A DNA stretch of 64,000 nucleotides from Lachnospiraceae bacterium. Lineage in GTDB: Bacteria > Bacillota > Clostridia > Lachnospirales > Lachnospiraceae. Made by a program: the position numbers and the translations under genes. Location: NCBI GenBank assembly GCA_045122895.1, contig JBGVIE010000008.1, positions 7,602 through 71,601 on the forward strand. Reading direction: 5' to 3'. Position 1 is the stretch's first letter, and each line of letters opens with the position of its first letter. Of this stretch, positions 9,499-17,976 are shown piece by piece. The notes under the pieces are model-generated. The model was not told the DNA's origin and did no database searches. It was given only the letters and a program-made list of their open reading frames with translations.

Positions 9499-11412
9499 CT
9501 AAATTGTCTCTAACTCATCTAACCACATCTTCACACACCCGTCACTAGGCATTCTCAAATCTCCCCTTGGAGAAACTGCTACAGAACCGACCTTTGGTCC
9601 GTCCGGCAGACATGAACGCTTAAACTGTTGTGAGAAAAATCTTCTGTAAAATGTCTTAAGCCATTTTTTGATGGTATCACTATCATAAATTCCATCAAAT
9701 GCATTTGTCGCCAAATCATAAATCTTTGATGGTGTATAACCAAGTCTTAAAACATAATACATAAAGAAATCATGAAGTTCATATGGTCCCACAAGGTCCT
9801 CTGTTTTCTGTGCTATATTTCCATCTTTATCAGGTGGTAAAAGTTCAGGACTGACCGGCGTATCAAGTACATCTAAGAGTGTTTCTGTCAAATCACTGCT
9901 GTCACATGTATCTGCGTAATATCTGACAAGATGACGAACCAGGGTCTTTGGAACGGATGCATTAACACCATACATCGACATATGGTCACCATTATAAGTA
10001 GCCCATCCCAGCGCAAGTTCTGACATATCACCTGTTCCTATAACCATTCCGTTGTGTTCATTTGCAAGGTTCATAAGATAAAGAGTTCTCTGTCTTGCCT
10101 GAACATTCTCATACGTAACATCATGAACTGACGGGTCATGTCCAATTTCATTAAAATGTGCATTGGCTGCATCTGCAATATTTATCTCTATTAGTGTTGC
10201 ACCTAACTTCCTGATAAGTGTAAGTGCATTGGTATAGGTTCTGTCTGTAGTGCCAAATCCAGGCATTGTAACTGCTATTATATGCTTTCTGTCAATACCT
10301 GCCATATCAAAAGCCCTGACAGTTACAAGAAGTGCCAGCGTGGAATCAAGTCCACCTGAAATTCCTATAACAGCACTCTTAGCCTGTGTGTGAACAAGTC
10401 TTTTCTTAAGTCCCATAGACTGAATCATCAAAATCTCTTCACATCTTTTCTCTCTGTCATGCTTATTGCCAGGAACAAACGGTGCATTGTCATATTTTCT
10501 GGTGAGAGCTATATCCTTCTGTCCCATATCAAATTCTACAACAGTGTAATCCTTTGACGGAAACTGTCTGAAGGTAGTCATTCTTCTTCTCTCATTAATA
10601 ATTCTGTCAAGATCAAGCTCACCGTATATAATCCCATTTTCAAATCTCTTTGATTCAGCAAGCATAGTGCCATTCTCCACAATCATATTATGACCTGCAA
10701 ATACAAGGTCTGTTGTAGATTCTCCTTCACCGGCATCACTGTAAACATAGCCGCATACAAGCTTTGCTGACTGGCTCATTATCATATTTTTCCTATATAT
10801 GTCCTTTCCTGTAACCTCATCGCTTGCTGAAAGATTCGCAATCACTGTAGCACCTGATAGTACATGTGATATACTTGGAGAATCTGCCACCCACACATCC
10901 TCACAAATCTCCGTACCAAGTACAAATCCTTTGATATTAGTTGACTTGAACAAAAGGTTCATGCCCATAGGCACTTTTTTACCATCAAAGCTGACATATA
11001 CTACTTCCCTGTTACCAGGTGTAAAATGTCTTGCCTCATAGAATTCTGAGTAATTTGGAATATTGTATTTTGGTATTAATCCTAAAATCTCTCCCATATA
11101 CAAAACCGCTGCCACATTGTACAGCTTTCCTTCGCATTCATATGGTAATCCTACAAGCACCAATATTTCCTTGTCCTTTGTGTGTTCTGCAATTCTTGTA
11201 GTTGCTTTCACTGCACCTTCAAGCATAAGTGACTGCCAGAAAAGGTCACTGCATGTATATCCTGTAATACAAAGTTCAGGAAACACTATAAGCTGTGTTC
11301 CCTTCCCATAAGCTTCATCTATGGCATCACATATTCTATCTGCATTAAATTCACAGTCTGCCACCCTGATATCTGTAGTAGCTGCTGCTATTCTTATAAA
11401 TCCTCTACTCAT
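9499..11412 (-). CDS. nadE: glutamine-dependent NAD+ synthetase
   Basis: N-terminal CN-hydrolase domain (FPELCITGY...EICED) plus a C-terminal NAD synthetase domain with the SGGLDS PP-loop. Start set at MSRGFIRIAAA (ATG 11412) after a GGAG. Confidence 0.95.
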   Translation of the reverse strand: MSRGFIRIAAATTDIRVADCEFNADRICDAIDEAYGKGTQLIVFPELCITGYTCSDLFWQSLMLEGAVKATTRIAEHTKDKEILVLVGLPYECEGKLYNVAAVLYMGEILGLIPKYNIPNYSEFYEARHFTPGNREVVYVSFDGKKVPMGMNLLFKSTNIKGFVLGTEICEDVWVADSPSISHVLSGATVIANLSASDEVTGKDIYRKNMIMSQSAKLVCGYVYSDAGEGESTTDLVFAGHNMIVENGTMLAESKRFENGIIYGELDLDRIINERRRMTTFRQFPSKDYTVVEFDMGQKDIALTRKYDNAPFVPGNKHDREKRCEEILMIQSMGLKKRLVHTQAKSAVIGISGGLDSTLALLVTVRAFDMAGIDRKHIIAVTMPGFGTTDRTYTNALTLIRKLGATLIEINIADAANAHFNEIGHDPSVHDVTYENVQARQRTLYLMNLANEHNGMVIGTGDMSELALGWATYNGDHMSMYGVNASVPKTLVRHLVRYYADTCDSSDLTETLLDVLDTPVSPELLPPDKDGNIAQKTEDLVGPYELHDFFMYYVLRLGYTPSKIYDLATNAFDGIYDSDTIKKWLKTFYRRFFSQQFKRSCLPDGPKVGSVAVSPRGDLRMPSDGCVKMWLDELETI

Positions 11413-11527
11413 ATTAATCTCCATTCCGCTGCTATTTTTCAATTTTGACACTAATTTTACCTTATGCTATTATAACTTATAGGATATGTGTGGTCAAACG
11501 TAATTATATGAATTTGTGGAGGTACTT

Positions 11528-11872
11528 ATGAAAGAAAGAATAGTCAATTATCTTGCATACATTGATGATATTTTAGAAAAGAATTCAGATACTACTGATT
11601 ATGACAAATTAATAAGAGAACATCTCGTTCAAATCGGCTTCTTTATGCATGAGCGACTTATTCATCTGATAGTAACTGTTTTGTTTGCAATCGGGACTTT
11701 TATGACTGTATTTGCCTATATCTTCTCAGAAAATATAGGACTTTTAGCTTTAGCATTTTTACTTATCATACTTCTTATCCCTTATATTGGTCACTATTAT
11801 AGACTTGAAAATGGGGTTCAGAAAATGTATAAGCAGTATGATGTTATGGTGAATAGAAAGAGAGACACATAG
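11528..11872 (+). CDS. small membrane protein, 2 TM helices, unknown function
   Basis: Track ORF 11516..11872. Start set at ATG 11528 after GGAGG. Two hydrophobic helices (LIHLIVTVLFAIGTFMTVFAYIF and LLALAFLLIILLIPYIG). Confidence 0.6.
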   Translation: MKERIVNYLAYIDDILEKNSDTTDYDKLIREHLVQIGFFMHERLIHLIVTVLFAIGTFMTVFAYIFSENIGLLALAFLLIILLIPYIGHYYRLENGVQKMYKQYDVMVNRKRDT

Positions 11873-11915
11873 ACTTTTGTATCTATGTGCCTCTCTTTCT
11901 TTTATTTATTTTTTC
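11859..11915 (+). terminator. rho-independent terminator (hairpin plus T-run)
   Basis: 14-bp stem with one mismatch: agagagacacatag at 11859-11872 pairs with ctatgtgcctctct at 11883-11896. It is followed by ttcttttatttatttttt. The T-run overlaps the 3' end of the convergent amidase gene. Confidence 0.6.
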
Positions 11916-12552
11916 TTACAACTGCATCAATTCCCTGTCTTTTAAACATTTTTTCCATCTCAACTGCCTTCTCTAACGACTCAATATTCATAACCTCAAC
12001 AGAATATGTCGTGGTTTCTTTATCATCATTTATTGCATCCAGTATTCCATCTGCTATTACCCTTGCCATCTCATCAAAATTCTCATCAAAAAGCTTATTA
12101 TCCACATCACTGTTTATAAATCCAAGTTCCAATAAAATTGCAGGCATCCTGGTTCTTTTAAGTACAACAAGATTAGGCCTTTCAACTACTCCAATATTCC
12201 TAAAGCCTATATTCTCCAATCCTGATAATATATCTCTTGCAATTACTGCCTTCTCTCCTCTGTCATTATACAAAAGAGCAGATACTCCATTATAAGTATT
12301 GCTATTCTCAGAGGAATCCCTATGAAGTGACACGAACAAATCAGCACCTGCGTTATTGCCCATCATAGCCTTTTCAAAAGGCGAATTATACACATCTGTC
12401 AGTCTTGTATATTGAACATTCACACCATTTCTCTCCAATATTTCACCAACGGCAAGTGCCATAGCAAGCACATCATCCTTCTCAAGTCTTCCCTTGTATT
12501 CTGCACCGGAATCTCTTCCTCCATGCCCCGGGTCAATTACTACCTTTTTCAT
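11902..12552 (-). CDS. N-acetylmuramoyl-L-alanine amidase (Amidase_3), CwlC-like: no signal peptide, short SPOR-like C-terminus
   Basis: MKKVVIDPGHGGRDSGA, LFVSLHRDS and LLELGFINS are Amidase_3 motifs. Start ATG 12552 follows GGAGG. The C-terminal ~40 aa (YSVEVMNIESLEKAVEMEKMFKRQGIDAVVRK) look like part of a SPOR fold. Confidence 0.8.
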   Translation of the reverse strand: MKKVVIDPGHGGRDSGAEYKGRLEKDDVLAMALAVGEILERNGVNVQYTRLTDVYNSPFEKAMMGNNAGADLFVSLHRDSSENSNTYNGVSALLYNDRGEKAVIARDILSGLENIGFRNIGVVERPNLVVLKRTRMPAILLELGFINSDVDNKLFDENFDEMARVIADGILDAINDDKETTTYSVEVMNIESLEKAVEMEKMFKRQGIDAVVRKNK

Positions 12553-12620
12553 AATTACCTCCAATTCGAAACTTACTAAGATTAATATATTCTTCCGAAT
12601 TGATATCTGTTACAAATATA

Positions 12621-12649
12621 TTTACATTACTTTGTTTTTCTGATAAAAT
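12621..12649 (+). promoter_or_regulatory. sigma-A-type promoter candidate for lgt
   Basis: TTTACA (12621-12626), 17-nt spacer, TAAAAT (12644-12649). Confidence 0.45.
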
Positions 12650-12705
12650 TACACCTGCAATTTTTTTGACGCGATGCGTCTGCGGAATGGAGAATGGAGG
12701 TTAGT

Positions 12706-13482
12706 ATGCATCCTTTAATACACATTGGTCCTGTTGAATTACCTACTTACGGGACAATTATCTTAATCGGTTTTATTATTGGAGTTATGTTTATGATGCA
12801 CCATGGAAAAATATATGGATACACAAAAGCTGATTTTCTGATAGCATCTATGCTTAGTGCAATCGGACTTATTGTTGGTGCAAAAGTTATTTTCTTTATT
12901 TCAGTTTTGCCTGAGATAATATCCCACTGGGATATTGCAAAGGAAAATATTCCGTATACCATTTACTATTCATTATCAGGATTTGTGTTCTATGGCGGTT
13001 TGATAGGCGTATTACTTATGCTGCTTCTATTCTGTAAACAAATGGAATACAGCTTCTTAGAGTTCACAAACATAGTCGCGCCTGTAATTCCCTTTATACA
13101 TGGGCTTGGAAGAATTGGTTGTTTCTTTGGAGGTTGTTGCTACGGCATTGAATATAATGGTCCGTTTCACGTAAAATTCCCGCCTAATGAATTTGTTACT
13201 GAGTTATCGGGAGTAAACCGATTTCCTGTTCAGCTTTTAGAATGTTTAATCAATATGATTATTTTTGTATGCCTTTACTACTACTCCCGAAAAAAAAGAA
13301 AGCCGGGAAGTATGCTTGGCATGTATTTAATAACATACTCTATTGTCAGATTTTCACTGGAATTCTTACGTGGAGATGTATCAAGAGGGATATTCTTAGG
13401 TGTATCTACATCACAGTGGATTAGCCTTTTGCTTCTACCAATCGGATTATATTTATTGTTCCGGAAGAAGAAGGAACAATAA
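12706..13482 (+). CDS. lgt: prolipoprotein diacylglyceryl transferase
   Basis: Signature GRIGCFFGGCCYG and polytopic membrane topology. Start ATG 12706 after GGAGG. Confidence 0.95.
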   Translation: MHPLIHIGPVELPTYGTIILIGFIIGVMFMMHHGKIYGYTKADFLIASMLSAIGLIVGAKVIFFISVLPEIISHWDIAKENIPYTIYYSLSGFVFYGGLIGVLLMLLLFCKQMEYSFLEFTNIVAPVIPFIHGLGRIGCFFGGCCYGIEYNGPFHVKFPPNEFVTELSGVNRFPVQLLECLINMIIFVCLYYYSRKKRKPGSMLGMYLITYSIVRFSLEFLRGDVSRGIFLGVSTSQWISLLLLPIGLYLLFRKKKEQ

Positions 13483-13488
13483 ATATAA

Positions 13489-13540
13489 AAGGTGTAAAGC
13501 CTTTAATGATTCAATAAAGACTTTACACCTTAAATTTTTG
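13489..13540. terminator. bidirectional terminator between lgt and the convergent lipoprotein gene
   Basis: Stem ggtgtaaag (13491-13499) pairs with ctttacacc (13521-13529). It is flanked by an A-run upstream and ttaaattttt downstream. Confidence 0.7.
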
Positions 13541-13546
13541 TTATTA

Positions 13547-13888
13547 TTATCTGTCTCTTGTTACCTTTGATACACCTTCTTCGATACCATTTCCGATATC
13601 GTCTCCTATATCTTCAACATCATCTACAACATCATTAACGACACCATTTCTTTTTGTATTCACGTCGTTTGTTGCAGTGTCATTTGTTGTTTCTCTTGTA
13701 GTTGTGTCCTTTGTAGTAATCTCACTTGTTGTTTCCCTTGTAGTAGTCTGGCTAGTTGTTTCTCTTGTAGTATCCCTTACAGTTTCCTTAGTAGTCTTCT
13801 CATCATTTTTGTCCCCACCGCATGCAACCATCATCGTCACAGCAAATGTCATGATGGCACATAATGCAAAATATTTAATTTTACGCAT
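13547..13888 (-). CDS. small lipoprotein with Thr/Glu-rich degenerate repeats
   Basis: Signal peptide plus lipobox (MMVACGG). Repeats of the form T(T)RETT / ETTSQTT. AAAGGAG RBS. Last gene of the dapA-dapB transcription unit. Confidence 0.7.
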   Translation of the reverse strand: MRKIKYFALCAIMTFAVTMMVACGGDKNDEKTTKETVRDTTRETTSQTTTRETTSEITTKDTTTRETTNDTATNDVNTKRNGVVNDVVDDVEDIGDDIGNGIEEGVSKVTRDR

Positions 13889-13953
13889 AAAAAAATCTCC
13901 TTTCAGACAACTATTTCAATCTATAGTATATCCAAAAGGAGAAACTTTATTCA

Positions 13954-14709
13954 TTATCCAATTACATCAGACATATCATACATTCCGGCTGGCTTTCCTT
14001 TTAGGAATTTAGCCGCCTGTACGGCACCATTTCCAAATACAGCCTTTGAATATGCTCTGTGACTAATAGTAATTACTTCGTCATTTCCTGCGAAAATAAC
14101 ATCATGGTCACCTACTATTGTTCCACCACGAACTGCACTTATTCCAATTTCCTTCTTTGGTCTCTTAACTCTGTCAGCACTTCTATCGTATTTGTAAGTG
14201 TATTCATTGTTAAGTTCTTCATTGATAGAATCAGCAAGCGCAAGCGCTGTCCCGCTTGGAGCATCAACCTTTAAATTATGATGTTTTTCAACGATTTCAA
14301 TATCAAAACCTGCTGGTGCAAAAACCTTTGTAGCTTCTTTTAACAACTTCATAAGTGTATTTACACCAAGACCCATATTAGCTGATTTCAAAATAGCAAT
14401 TTCCTTTGATGCCTCGCTTACCCTGTCAAGCTGTTCCTCAGAAAGACCTGTTGTACATAATACCAAAGGTAATCTCTTAGCTACACAATAATCTAAAAGT
14501 TTGTCAACTGCTACTGCTGATGCAAAATCGATAACTACGTCTGCATCTACATCCATATCATTAATGTCTGTAAAAACAGGATAATCATTCTTTATTGTAT
14601 CGCAAATATCTACACCGGCTACCATTGTACAATCTTCATCTGCTGCAACTATTCCCGATATTACCTGACCCATTTTTCCGTTGCAGCCATGCATAATAAT
14701 CTTTGTCAT
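13954..14709 (-). CDS. dapB: 4-hydroxy-tetrahydrodipicolinate reductase
   Basis: N-terminal Rossmann GCNGKMG and the DapB core motif EKHHNLKVDAPSGTA. Confidence 0.95.
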   Translation of the reverse strand: MTKIIMHGCNGKMGQVISGIVAADEDCTMVAGVDICDTIKNDYPVFTDINDMDVDADVVIDFASAVAVDKLLDYCVAKRLPLVLCTTGLSEEQLDRVSEASKEIAILKSANMGLGVNTLMKLLKEATKVFAPAGFDIEIVEKHHNLKVDAPSGTALALADSINEELNNEYTYKYDRSADRVKRPKKEIGISAVRGGTIVGDHDVIFAGNDEVITISHRAYSKAVFGNGAVQAAKFLKGKPAGMYDMSDVIG

Positions 14710-14729
14710 AATGATTATATACCTCTCTT

Positions 14730-15614
14730 TTATAAAATTCCGTATTCTTTCATTGCTTTCTTCAAAACTTCCTGATTAGCTTCTTCCATTGTTGTAAGTG
14801 GCATTCTAAGTCCACCAACCCCCATACCCATCAGGTTAAGAGCTGCCTTTACAGGAATCGGATTAACTTCGCAGAATAATGCTTCACAAAGTGGCAATGC
14901 TTCCAACTGAAGTTCAAGACTCTTTTTTACATCTCCCTCAAGATATGAAGCCACGATATTGTGTGTCTGCTCCGGCGCAACATTTGATAATACTGAAATA
15001 ACTCCTTTTCCACCAAGTGACAAAACAGGTACTATCTGATCATCGTTACCTGAATATATATCAAGTTTGCCTTTTGTAAGGCTTACAAGTTTAGCAACCT
15101 GCGAAATATTGCCACTTGCTTCTTTGATAGCAACAATATTCTCACATGTATCTGCGAGCTTAGCTGCTGTTGTAGGAAGGATGTTGCATCCTGTTCTGCT
15201 TGGAACGTTATATAAAATAATTGGAACTTTAACACTGTTAGCAATTGCACTAAAGTGAGCAATAAGTCCGTTCTGTGTAGCTTTGTTGTAATATGGTGTT
15301 ACCAAAAGCAAACCATCTACTCCGTATTTTTCAGCTTCTGTTGAAAGGTAGATTGCTGTATCTGTACAGTTCGAACCAGTTCCTGCTACAACAGGAATTC
15401 TTCCTGCTACTTTATCTACTGCATATTTGATGCATTCCAGATGTTCTTCATGTGTAAGAGTTGAAGATTCACCTGTTGTACCACAAATAATGATACAATC
15501 TGTCTTATTGGCAATCTGGAACTCAATGAGTTCACCAAGCTTTTCAAAATTAACTGTTCCATCTGCATTCATTGGTGTAACTATCGCAACACCTGCACCT
15601 GTAAAAATCGACAT
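14730..15614 (-). CDS. dapA: 4-hydroxy-tetrahydrodipicolinate synthase
   Basis: GAGVAIVTPM, GTTGES, and IVAIKEASG containing the Schiff-base Lys. Start set at ATG 15614 (MSIFTG), 8 nt after GGAGG. Confidence 0.95.
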   Translation of the reverse strand: MSIFTGAGVAIVTPMNADGTVNFEKLGELIEFQIANKTDCIIICGTTGESSTLTHEEHLECIKYAVDKVAGRIPVVAGTGSNCTDTAIYLSTEAEKYGVDGLLLVTPYYNKATQNGLIAHFSAIANSVKVPIILYNVPSRTGCNILPTTAAKLADTCENIVAIKEASGNISQVAKLVSLTKGKLDIYSGNDDQIVPVLSLGGKGVISVLSNVAPEQTHNIVASYLEGDVKKSLELQLEALPLCEALFCEVNPIPVKAALNLMGMGVGGLRMPLTTMEEANQEVLKKAMKEYGIL

Positions 15615-15649
15615 ATAAAATTCCTCCATTCATATTTAGTCTCGTATTA

Positions 15650-15878
15650 TAACAAGAAAAGGACTGTTCAAATGAACAGCCCTCAAAGAATCTACATTAA
15701 TATATCATTCTCTAAGTAGCCCTCCATCTGATGATGACAGTTGCATAACTGTTAATTATGCACCCAAGATTACTCTATCAGGTTGAATAATCTTTCGGCG
15801 TATCCCCCTTTCATCTGTCATCATCTATTCCTGAAATATCAAACAGATTACTATTGTTCAACGCAACCTCTACTTGTT
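15650..15878 (-). promoter_or_regulatory. lysine riboswitch (L-box) with intrinsic terminator, leader of dapA-dapB
   Basis: The minus strand reads GTAGAGGTTGCG...AAAGGGGGATACGCCGAAAG...CTGTCATCATCAGATGGAGGGCTAC, matching conserved L-box blocks. This is followed by hairpin gggctgttca/tgaacagtcc (15661-15682) and UUUUCUUGUU. Confidence 0.85.
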
Positions 15879-15888
15879 ATTTAAATTC

Positions 15889-15917
15889 ATATTATCATCT
15901 ATATATATGTTTGTCAA
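15889..15917 (-). promoter_or_regulatory. sigma-A-type promoter for the L-box/dapA transcript
   Basis: On the minus strand: TTGACA (complement of 15912-15917), 17-nt spacer, TAATAT (complement of 15889-15894). This puts the start site just upstream of the L-box. Confidence 0.55.
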
Positions 15918-15936
15918 CCACTGAATACTAATCTCT

Positions 15937-16074
15937 ATGTCGGAGCAATTTATTGCGGAGACACCGCGAAGAGAAATTCGCGCAGGCGATTTCTCTTCTG
16001 CGATCAGGGCTAATTGAGGCTCCGTCTCAATTAGCTGTATGCAAAATCACCGCATCAGCGTGATTTTTCATACT
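15937..16074 (-). repeat. ~138-bp multi-hairpin intergenic repeat, copy 1 (family A)
   Basis: About 90 percent identical to the reverse complement of 27317-27454. Contains four consecutive hairpins. It abuts the stop codon of the OB-fold gene. Confidence 0.85.
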
Positions 16075-16708
16075 AAACTGCTTCAGATATATACTCTAAT
16101 TTGTTGACTGACACTTCATATGCTACATGTTTCTCTGTCTCTTCTTCGCTAATCTTCTTAATATATTCACGGCTCTGAACTCTTCCCCATACCTGGATTC
16201 TTCCACCCACTTCAAATGTAGATGCAAATCTTGCATTTCTTCCCCATGCAATACATGGAATATAGTCTGATTTGCCGTATGGTCTGTTAACTGCAATAAG
16301 TAAATCAGCAATTTCTCTTCCCAGTGGTGTTTTACGATATACCGGAGCCTTGCAGATAAATCCGTCAAGGAATATCTGATTAGTCTTTCCTGACAATGGG
16401 TTCTCTGCAACAATCTGCCACTCTCTCACAAAAATAGAAAGAACAAGTCTGTTTTTGCTACCATCATGCCTGTTATAAGATCTGAACTGTCCGGCCACTT
16501 CTACTAACTGACCCATCAGATTCTCTTTCACATTCACAAGACGTTCTGAAACCATCATTGGAATAACATCTGATGAATCACTTAATCTGTTAACAGACAC
16601 ATCTACTATGTAGAATCCCTCACCAAACACTTCGTGACTAAATCTGAATTCTGACACGATTTCCCCAATTACACTCACCTTGTTGTTATCAATAACATTA
16701 TCTACCAT
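16073..16708 (-). CDS. SSB-like protein with two tandem OB folds
   Basis: 211 aa. Two internally similar halves, each with an SSB-like pattern (VSVIGEIVSEF...VEVAGQFRSY and IFLDGFICKAP...IQVWGRVQSREY). No acidic SSB C-terminal tail. The family name is not certain. Confidence 0.6.
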   Translation of the reverse strand: MVDNVIDNNKVSVIGEIVSEFRFSHEVFGEGFYIVDVSVNRLSDSSDVIPMMVSERLVNVKENLMGQLVEVAGQFRSYNRHDGSKNRLVLSIFVREWQIVAENPLSGKTNQIFLDGFICKAPVYRKTPLGREIADLLIAVNRPYGKSDYIPCIAWGRNARFASTFEVGGRIQVWGRVQSREYIKKISEEETEKHVAYEVSVNKLEYISEAV

Positions 16709-16850
16709 TTGTATTTCTCCCTTCTTAAATAAAAATGTATTGTGTGTTAGATATGTTTACTTAATTATGTATATTCAACACACGACGTTTTTATTCCAAA
16801 TTTATTTAAGATTTTTTTATTTTTATTCCACTCACTTAAATTTACAATTA

Positions 16851-16879
16851 ATTATGCTTTTAAAACCAAAATATGTCAA
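16851..16879 (-). promoter_or_regulatory. sigma-A-type promoter candidate for the OB-fold gene (about 135-nt leader)
   Basis: On the minus strand: TTGACA (complement of 16874-16879), 17-nt spacer, CATAAT (complement of 16851-16856). The leader contains a 13-bp imperfect hairpin (16742-16754 with 16771-16783). Confidence 0.4.
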
Positions 16880-16889
16880 TAAAAATTTT

Positions 16890-17060
16890 CACGTCAGCTA
16901 CAAGCCATACGAGTTTTCACACGAGATTTTCTGACGAGAGCTTGCTCACAGGCAGAAAATTTTGTGTGAAAACTCATAGGGCGACAGCCCGTGACCGAGA
17001 AAGCCCTGCTTACGAGGTTATGGCTTGTAGCCTTGTTTGCGACAGCCCGTGACCGAATTT
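16890..17060. repeat. nested-hairpin intergenic element (family B) with an 18-bp direct repeat
   Basis: Outer 13-bp perfect stem: 16897-16909 with 17019-17031. Inner stems: 16911-16922 with 16964-16975, and 16926-16933 with 16953-16960. Direct repeat gcgacagcccgtgaccga at 16981-16998 and 17039-17056. Confidence 0.7.
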
Positions 17061-17065
17061 ACATA

Positions 17066-17976
17066 CTAATCCCCTTTAGCTTCAAGCTTAGCTGTAAGCT
17101 CTTCTATCACTTTAGCCATTTTCACATTTTCCGATTTCAGCTTATCCATCTCGCGTTCCATCTCTTCATACCTATCCATCTTATCTGCCCATTCATCCAC
17201 ATCCAATTTAATTGATTGATTGATCCATCTCTTCCTTTATCTCCTTCATATCCTGGCGGTTCGAATACAGATGGTCATACAATGTCGCGAAAAGCTTTTC
17301 CAATCTTTTTGCATCACCCACTGTAATATTTCCCAACCTGCAATTGTCTCTGATGCAACCAATTATATCAGTAAAAATCCTCTCTTTCAACCAGCATAAA
17401 TCCTCTTCTGTCATATTTTCCCTTGATGAAATATACTTCTTCAACTTTATAAGTTCAAAGGGTATAAGTATAACCTATTGAATAATGATCAGGTACATCA
17501 TCATCACCCAAAAACACTATCTTTGACTTCGGAAATGTTAGATAGCATATGTTGTCTTCCACCTTTGCATTTCGCAATGAATGCTTGTACCCATAATCAA
17601 ATATCCTAAGCACGATATCCTCATCCCGATACATTTGTGCCTCGATGTGGTAACTGTGAACACCTCCTATGGTCAAAATAGTATCTGCAATAGTCTTAGT
17701 CAAATTATCATCGTGGAACTCCGTCCAATTGTATGTAATGGTGCTGTCTGTCGGATAATCTGTCTGAAATAGTCCGTTTATAAAATTGATAACGGCCTTA
17801 CTCGAAAGCGTAAGAATCTTCTTAAACATCTTGTCATATATGTGATAGATCTGATTGCTGCTGTTAGAATTAGTATCCTGCGTGTTGGTATTACAAGATT
17901 TGTTATCCATTGTCCTCCTTCTGAGCTGCCAAAAAGATGTACGAATCCCCTGGCAGTTCAGAAAGGATTCATACAT
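17066..17976 (-). pseudogene. Rpn/YhgA-like PD-(D/E)XK recombination-promoting nuclease (putative transposase), split into three frames
   Basis: Fragment 1 (17455..17976) carries the nuclease core (YDKMFKKIL..., HSYHIEAQMYRDEDIVLRIFDYG). Fragment 2 (17208..17444) is in a different frame. Fragment 3 (17066 to about 17203, my own translation LDVDEWADKMDRYEEMEREMDKLKSENVKMAKVIEELTAKLEAKGD) is in a third frame. Their summed length is that of one normal gene. Confidence 0.6.

Noticed and set aside
16123-16413. 96-aa alternative-frame ORF inside the OB-fold gene (same strand).
   Set aside because: It is fully nested in a better-supported longer ORF, has no RBS, and its composition is atypical. It is treated as a chance frame.
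15937-17060. Possible CRISPR array or tRNA/ncRNA gene in the repeat-rich intergenic regions (also 27317-27454 and 50007-50148).
   Set aside because: There are no regularly spaced direct repeats with unique spacers, no cas genes, and no cloverleaf-compatible sequence with a T-loop GTTCRANYC. The structures are stacked palindromic hairpins.
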